DNA of 64,000 nucleotides from Thermodesulfobacteriota bacterium (GTDB lineage Bacteria; Desulfobacterota; Desulfobaccia; Desulfobaccales; 0-14-0-80-60-11): NCBI GenBank assembly GCA_049322355.1, contig JBMORG010000001.1, positions 114,337 to 178,336 of the forward strand, read 5' to 3'. Shown piece by piece: positions 59,424 to 64,000 of this stretch (position 1 is its first letter; each line of letters starts with the position of its first letter). The notes under the pieces were generated by a model. It saw only the letters and a program-made list of their open reading frames with translations, ran no database searches and was not told where the DNA came from. The position numbers and the translations under genes were made by a program.

Positions 59424-60271
59424 AAGTAAGCTATTATCCGGGCTGTTCCCTGGAAGGAACTGCCATCGATTATGCCGCCTCCATCGGAGGCGTTTGCGGG
59501 CTCCTCAATGTGGAGTTGGCGGAATTACCGGACTGGAATTGCTGCGGCGCCACCGCGGCCCACAGTATCAACCACCAGTTGTCCCTGGCTTTGCCGGCTC
59601 GCAACCTGGCCCTGGCAGAGGATGCCGGCCGCGACGTGGTGGTGCCCTGCGCCCTGTGCTTCAACCGCCTCAAGGTGGCGGAGAAAGCCCTTCTTGGCCC
59701 AGAAGGCGCTCATATCGGAGTACCCTATGGGGGAGGCATCAAAGTCTGGGACCTGTTGGACTACCTTACCCAGGACGCCTATCTCAAGGATTTGGGCCCC
59801 CGGGTGGTGAAGCCCCTGAAAGGTCTTAAGGCAGTGGGCTATTACGGCTGTCTGGTGGCCCGGCCCCCGGCCGTCACCGACAAACAGGATGCTGAAAATC
59901 CCCAGAACCTGGAGCGGCTCCTGAAAGTTCTGGGCGCCGAGCCCCTGGACTGGTCCTTCAAGACCGACTGCTGCGGCGCCGGCCTGGCCGTGGCCCGCCC
60001 GGACATCATCGATACCCTGGTGCAGCGTCTCTACGAGCGGGCCTTGCGGGCCGGGGCCGAGTGCCTGGTGGTTTCCTGCCAGATGTGCCAGGCCAACCTG
60101 GACATGCCCCAGAAACGCATCGCCAAGAAGTTCGGCAAGGATTACTCCCTGCCGGTTTTTTACTTCACCGAACTCATCGGCCTGGCCCTGGGACATCCGG
60201 AAGTCAAGAAATGGCTGGCGGGGCATTTGGTTGACCCGATGCCACTTCTGGAGCGAAAAATCTTGATATAA
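59420..60271 (+). CDS. hdrB: heterodisulfide reductase subunit B-like (two CCG domains)
   Basis: YYPGCSLEGTA...NCCGA and YYGCLV...DCCGAG, i.e. duplicated Cys-rich CCG motifs. GTG start. Confidence 0.85.
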   Translation: MKVSYYPGCSLEGTAIDYAASIGGVCGLLNVELAELPDWNCCGATAAHSINHQLSLALPARNLALAEDAGRDVVVPCALCFNRLKVAEKALLGPEGAHIGVPYGGGIKVWDLLDYLTQDAYLKDLGPRVVKPLKGLKAVGYYGCLVARPPAVTDKQDAENPQNLERLLKVLGAEPLDWSFKTDCCGAGLAVARPDIIDTLVQRLYERALRAGAECLVVSCQMCQANLDMPQKRIAKKFGKDYSLPVFYFTELIGLALGHPEVKKWLAGHLVDPMPLLERKILI

Positions 60272-60285
60272 GAGTTCCTTGCGTT

Positions 60286-60335
60286 CTTGGCGTCTTTGCG
60301 TGAGTTTTTTCAGGCCGAGACGCAAAGACGCCAAG
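60286..60335. repeat. perfect 16-bp stem-loop in the hdrB-hdrL spacer
   Basis: cttggcgtctttgcgt (60286-60301) pairs with acgcaaagacgccaag (60320-60335). The 18-nt loop contains a T6 run. Confidence 0.85.
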
Positions 60336-60351
60336 GTCAATAAGCAAGATT

Positions 60352-63300
60352 ATGGACAAACAAAGTCAAAAAATTGGCGCAGTGATGGTAGTCGGCGGCG
60401 GCATCGCCGGGATGCAGGCTAGCCTAGATGCCGCGGCCGCAGGTTACAAAGTCTATCTGGTGGAGAAGGATATTTCCATCGGCGGGGTCATGGCCCAGTT
60501 GGACAAGACCTTTCCCACCAACGACTGTTCCACCTGCCTTATTTCCCCCAAGCTCATCGAGGTGGCCCGGCATCCTGACATCGAAATCTTGACCCAGGCA
60601 GAAATCGATAAGTTGGAGGGGGAGCCGGGTCATTTTGCCGTAACTATCAAGCGGGAGCCCCGTTACATCGACGCAGCCAAGTGCAACGCCTGCGGCGCCT
60701 GCGCCGAGGCCTGCCCCGTCTCCCTGCCGTCTTCCTTCGATGAAGGCTTGGGAACTCGCCATGCCGCCTACCGCCACTTTCCCCAGGCGGTGCCTTCCAC
60801 CTTTGCCATTAAGAAATTCGACCGGGCCCCCTGTGTCCGGGCCTGTCCCGCCAACCTGAGCGCCCAGGGCTATGTGCAGCTCATCAAGGCCGGGAATTAT
60901 AATGAATCTTTGAAGCTCATCATGGAGCGCCTGCCCCTGCCCGGGACTATCGGCCGCATTTGTCCGCACCCCTGCGAGAGCGACTGCCGCCGCCAGGAAG
61001 TGGACGAGCCCGTGGCCATCTGCTCCCTGAAGCGTTTTGCCGCGGACCAGGCCGACTGGGAAACACTGCCAGTGCCGCAATTGCCCCGGAAAAACCAGGC
61101 CGTGGCCATCATCGGAGCCGGGCCGTCAGGTCTGAGCTGCGCCTACCACTTGGCCCTCCAGGGGTACCGGACGGTAATCTTCGAGGCCGCCCCGGACGCC
61201 GGCGGCTGGCTGCGCTACGGCATTCCGGAATATCGCCTGCCCAGGGAAGTTTTGAACCGGGAAGTGGACTACCTGAAACGCCTGGGAGTGGAACTCCGCT
61301 ACAATTCCCCCATCGGCGAGGGTGCCACCATCAACGATCTCCTCTCTCGGGATGGGTTCCAGGCGGTCTTCATCGGAGTGGGGGCTCAGGAATCCGTGCG
61401 TCTGCCGGTGCCGGGGGCCGAGGCCGCGGGTGTGTTTTGGGGTGTAGAGTACCTGAAGGAAGTTAACTCCACCGGCGAGTCCCCCACCCAGGGGAAGCGT
61501 GTGGTGGTCATCGGCGGCGGCAACGTGGCCATGGACGTGGCTCGGGTGGCCCGGCGGAAGGGTGCGGCCCAGGTGACCATCATCGCCCTGGAATCGCCGG
61601 AAGAACTGCCCGCCTCCCCCTGGGAAGTAGCGGAGGCCAAGGCCGAAGGCATCGAAATCCTGCACCGCTGGGGTATTAAGCAAATCCTGAATAGTGACGG
61701 TCAGGTCACCGGCCTGGAATTGAAAGCGGTGGCCCGGGTCTTCGATGAGCAGGGCCGCTTTGCGCCCACCTACAACGAGGCCGAAACCACCACCCTGGAC
61801 GCCGACGTGGTCATCATGGCTATCGGCCAAAAGGCCAATTTAAAGTTTCTTACCGAGGCCGACGGCATCCATCTTACCCCTCGGGGGCTGATCGAGGCGG
61901 ATCCGGACACCCTGGCCACCAGCCGGGAAGGAGTCTTTGCCGGTGGCGACGTGGTCACCGGCCCTTGGATTGCCATCGGGGCAGTGGCCGCGGGGCGGGA
62001 AGCCGCCATCTCCATCGACCGCTACCTCCAGGGCCAGGACTTGAAGGCCGGCCGGGAGGTGCCGCTTAAGCCCATCAAGGATGGCAATTGGAATCCCATC
62101 CCCCCGGAGCTGCCCCAGGCGTGGCGGGAGCCCATGCCGGAGTTGCCCCAGGCGGAATGGACCGCAAGCTTCAAGGAACTCAACCTGGGCTTCACCGAAG
62201 CCCAGGCCCGGCGGGAGGCGGAGCGCTGCATCAATTGCGGCGCCTGTTCCGAATGCATGCAGTGTGTGGAGGCCTGCAAGGCCGGGGCCATTGCCCATGA
62301 GCAGCAGCCCTTGACCCAGACGCTGGAAGTAGGCGCCCTCATTCTGGCCCCGGGCTTTAAGACCTTTGACGCCAAGCTAAAGCCCGAATACGGTTACGGC
62401 CGCTACCCCAATGTTATCACTTCCTTGGAATTCGAGCGCCTGCTTTCGGCCACCGGCCCTTGCGCCGGCCATGTGAAACGCCCCAGCGACGGAGCCGACC
62501 CCAGGAAAATCGCCTGGATTCAGTGCGTGGGCTCCCGGGACGCGTCCATTGACCGGGAATACTGCTCCTATGTATGCTGCATGTACGCCGCCAAGCAGTC
62601 TATTATTGCCAAAGAGCACGACCCGCGGGTGGAGCCCACTATCTTTTTCATCGACTTTCGGGCCCAAGGGAAGGGCTTTGACCGCTACTACGAACGGGCC
62701 CGGGACGCTCACGGGGTGCGTCTGATCCGCTCCATGATCTCCCGGGTCACGGAAGACCCCCGCACCCACAACCTGGAACTCACTTTTGTGGATGAAGATG
62801 GCCATATCCAGATGGAAGAGTTCGATATGGTGGTCCTCTCCGTGGGTCTGAGGCCCCATCCCGCCACCCGGAAGCTGGCGGATGTCTGCGGCATCGATAC
62901 TGATCACTGGGGTTTCGTAAAAACCCCGCCCTTTAAAATGGTGGAAACCAGCCGGGAGGGTATCTACACCTGCGGCGTCTACCAATCCCCCAAGGATATC
63001 CCCGAGACTGTGAGTCAGGCTTCGGCCGCGGCGGGCGCGGCGGCCACCCTCTTGGGTGAAGTCCGGGGCACCATGCTGACCAAGGCGGAATACCCAGCAG
63101 AAAGGGATATTACCGCGGAGGAGCCCCGCATCGGCGTGTTCGTGTGCCACTGCGGCATCAACATCGCCGGGGTGGTGGACGTGGCCCAGGTGAGCGACTA
63201 TGCCAAAACCCTGCCAGGGGTGGTTTACGCCGATCACTACACCTTCACCTGCGCCACCGATTCCCTGGAGGCTATGCGGCAGGTGATCGAAGAAAACCGC

Positions 63301-64000
63301 CTCAATCGCGTGGTAGTGGCCTCCTGCAGCCCTCGGACCCATGAACCTCTGTTCCAGGACAACCTGCGAAAGGCCGGCCTTAACAAGTACCTGTTTGAAT
63401 TGGCCAATATCCGGGATCAGGATTCCTGGGTGCACCAGGGCAACCCCGAGAAGGCCACGGCCAAAGCCAAAGAGTTGGTCAGGATGGCGGTGGGCCGGGC
63501 CGCGGTACTGGAGCCTTTGACCGAACTGCCCTTCCCGGTTAAGCAGCGGGCCCTGGTGCTGGGAGGCGGAGTGGCCGGTCTGGTGGCGGCTTTGACCATT
63601 GCCGACGCAGGCTATCGGGTCTATTTGCCGGATATCCAGGAGCGCTTTGGCGGCAGCCTGGCCCATAAAAAGTACTATACCCTGGAAGGGCACGCCATCC
63701 AGCCCTACATGGAGAAACTAATCCGCCAGGTTGAGGAGCACCCCAATATCCGCTGGTGGCCCAATGCCCGGATGACCAGTTTCTCCGGCCACGTGGGCAG
63801 TTTTCGCAGCAAGCTGGAGTTTCCCGACGACCAATGGGAAATCCATTACGGCGCTGTGGTGATCGCCACCGGCGCAGTGGAATACAAGCCCACGGAATAT
63901 CTGTATGGCAGCCATCCCGGGGTTATGACCCAGATAGAGATGGAGAACCTCCTGGTGAATAACCCCGACCAATTGGACGAGTCTCCCACCTGTGTGATGA
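60352..64000 (+). CDS. hdrL: giant HdrA-like flavoprotein with an inserted GltD/NfnB-like NAD(P)H module and a second HdrA-type domain ('HdrL'-type); 3' end beyond the window
   Basis: Not in the ORF track (open at the window end). My translation from ATG 60352 is stop-free for 1216 codons. MDKQSQKIGAVMVVGGGIAGMQASLDAA.., CNACGACAEACP, CVRACPANL..GRICPHPCESDCRR, AIIGAGPSGLSCAY, VVVIGGGNVAMDVAR, VFAGGDVVTG, CINCGACSECMQCVEAC, WIQCVGSRD..YCSYVCCMYAAKQ, RIGVFVCHCGINI, VVVASCSPRTHE, ALVLGGGVAGLVAAL. Confidence 0.8.
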   Translation, partial: MDKQSQKIGAVMVVGGGIAGMQASLDAAAAGYKVYLVEKDISIGGVMAQLDKTFPTNDCSTCLISPKLIEVARHPDIEILTQAEIDKLEGEPGHFAVTIKREPRYIDAAKCNACGACAEACPVSLPSSFDEGLGTRHAAYRHFPQAVPSTFAIKKFDRAPCVRACPANLSAQGYVQLIKAGNYNESLKLIMERLPLPGTIGRICPHPCESDCRRQEVDEPVAICSLKRFAADQADWETLPVPQLPRKNQAVAIIGAGPSGLSCAYHLALQGYRTVIFEAAPDAGGWLRYGIPEYRLPREVLNREVDYLKRLGVELRYNSPIGEGATINDLLSRDGFQAVFIGVGAQESVRLPVPGAEAAGVFWGVEYLKEVNSTGESPTQGKRVVVIGGGNVAMDVARVARRKGAAQVTIIALESPEELPASPWEVAEAKAEGIEILHRWGIKQILNSDGQVTGLELKAVARVFDEQGRFAPTYNEAETTTLDADVVIMAIGQKANLKFLTEADGIHLTPRGLIEADPDTLATSREGVFAGGDVVTGPWIAIGAVAAGREAAISIDRYLQGQDLKAGREVPLKPIKDGNWNPIPPELPQAWREPMPELPQAEWTASFKELNLGFTEAQARREAERCINCGACSECMQCVEACKAGAIAHEQQPLTQTLEVGALILAPGFKTFDAKLKPEYGYGRYPNVITSLEFERLLSATGPCAGHVKRPSDGADPRKIAWIQCVGSRDASIDREYCSYVCCMYAAKQSIIAKEHDPRVEPTIFFIDFRAQGKGFDRYYERARDAHGVRLIRSMISRVTEDPRTHNLELTFVDEDGHIQMEEFDMVVLSVGLRPHPATRKLADVCGIDTDHWGFVKTPPFKMVETSREGIYTCGVYQSPKDIPETVSQASAAAGAAATLLGEVRGTMLTKAEYPAERDITAEEPRIGVFVCHCGINIAGVVDVAQVSDYAKTLPGVVYADHYTFTCATDSLEAMRQVIEENRLNRVVVASCSPRTHEPLFQDNLRKAGLNKYLFELANIRDQDSWVHQGNPEKATAKAKELVRMAVGRAAVLEPLTELPFPVKQRALVLGGGVAGLVAALTIADAGYRVYLPDIQERFGGSLAHKKYYTLEGHAIQPYMEKLIRQVEEHPNIRWWPNARMTSFSGHVGSFRSKLEFPDDQWEIHYGAVVIATGAVEYKPTEYLYGSHPGVMTQIEMENLLVNNPDQLDESPTCVM

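Noticed and set aside
60352-64000. Selenocysteine (in-frame TGA) in the HdrA-like protein, as I recall for some HdrA/HdrL proteins.
   Set aside because: My translation of the + frame shows no in-frame TGA within the window, and the equivalent positions are Cys. I cannot comment on the part beyond 64000.

Overview
High-GC bacterial chromosomal window, densely coding, with about 58 supportable CDS and no rRNA, tRNA or CRISPR array that I can see. Calls rest on my own reading of the translations and the DNA, with no database search. The ORF track counts TTG and GTG as starts, and several tracked ORFs carry spurious N-terminal extensions, which I trimmed to ATG or GTG codons that have a Shine-Dalgarno sequence. 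Many long ORFs are antisense shadows of real genes.

Layout:
- 1-18.9 kb, all minus strand: a lysine/arginine biosynthesis supercluster (dapL, FAH-family gene, dapB, dapA, dapF, lysA, argH, argG, argF, argD, argB) followed by hslU, hslV and xerC. Four non-pathway genes interrupt it, including an AT-rich methyltransferase broken by a homopolymer frameshift.
- 19-35 kb: housekeeping and cell-envelope genes (HD-phosphohydrolase, EEP, L,D-transpeptidase, MBL hydrolase, PAS kinase, murB, mltB-like, purE, alr, argS, SPOR protein, dinB).
- 35.6-37.5 kb: a self-contained AT-richer two-gene secreted-protein unit that includes a Q/N-repeat protein.
- 38-47.5 kb: an anaerobic C1 and electron-bifurcation block (nfnAB, fhs, metVF, cooS) with a vapBC toxin-antitoxin cassette inserted between metF and cooS.
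- 47.5-58.4 kb: an AT-rich membrane-protein pair, trxAB, bamD, an eRF1-like (baeRF-type) protein, gap, usp, a Rieske-FAD fusion and a hybrid histidine kinase.
- 58.8-64 kb: hdrC and hdrB followed by a giant HdrA/GltD-mosaic ('HdrL'-type) flavoprotein that is still open at the window end.

Intergenic DNA is built from several families of short hairpin repeats. One is a roughly 75-105 nt palindromic element present four times.

The gene content suggests an anaerobe of the Desulfobacterota or acetogen-like type; this is inference only.

The most interesting candidates are the HdrCB plus HdrL-type module, the terminator-duplicated vapBC insertion, the Q/N-repeat secreted locus, the frameshifted methyltransferase and the repeat families.
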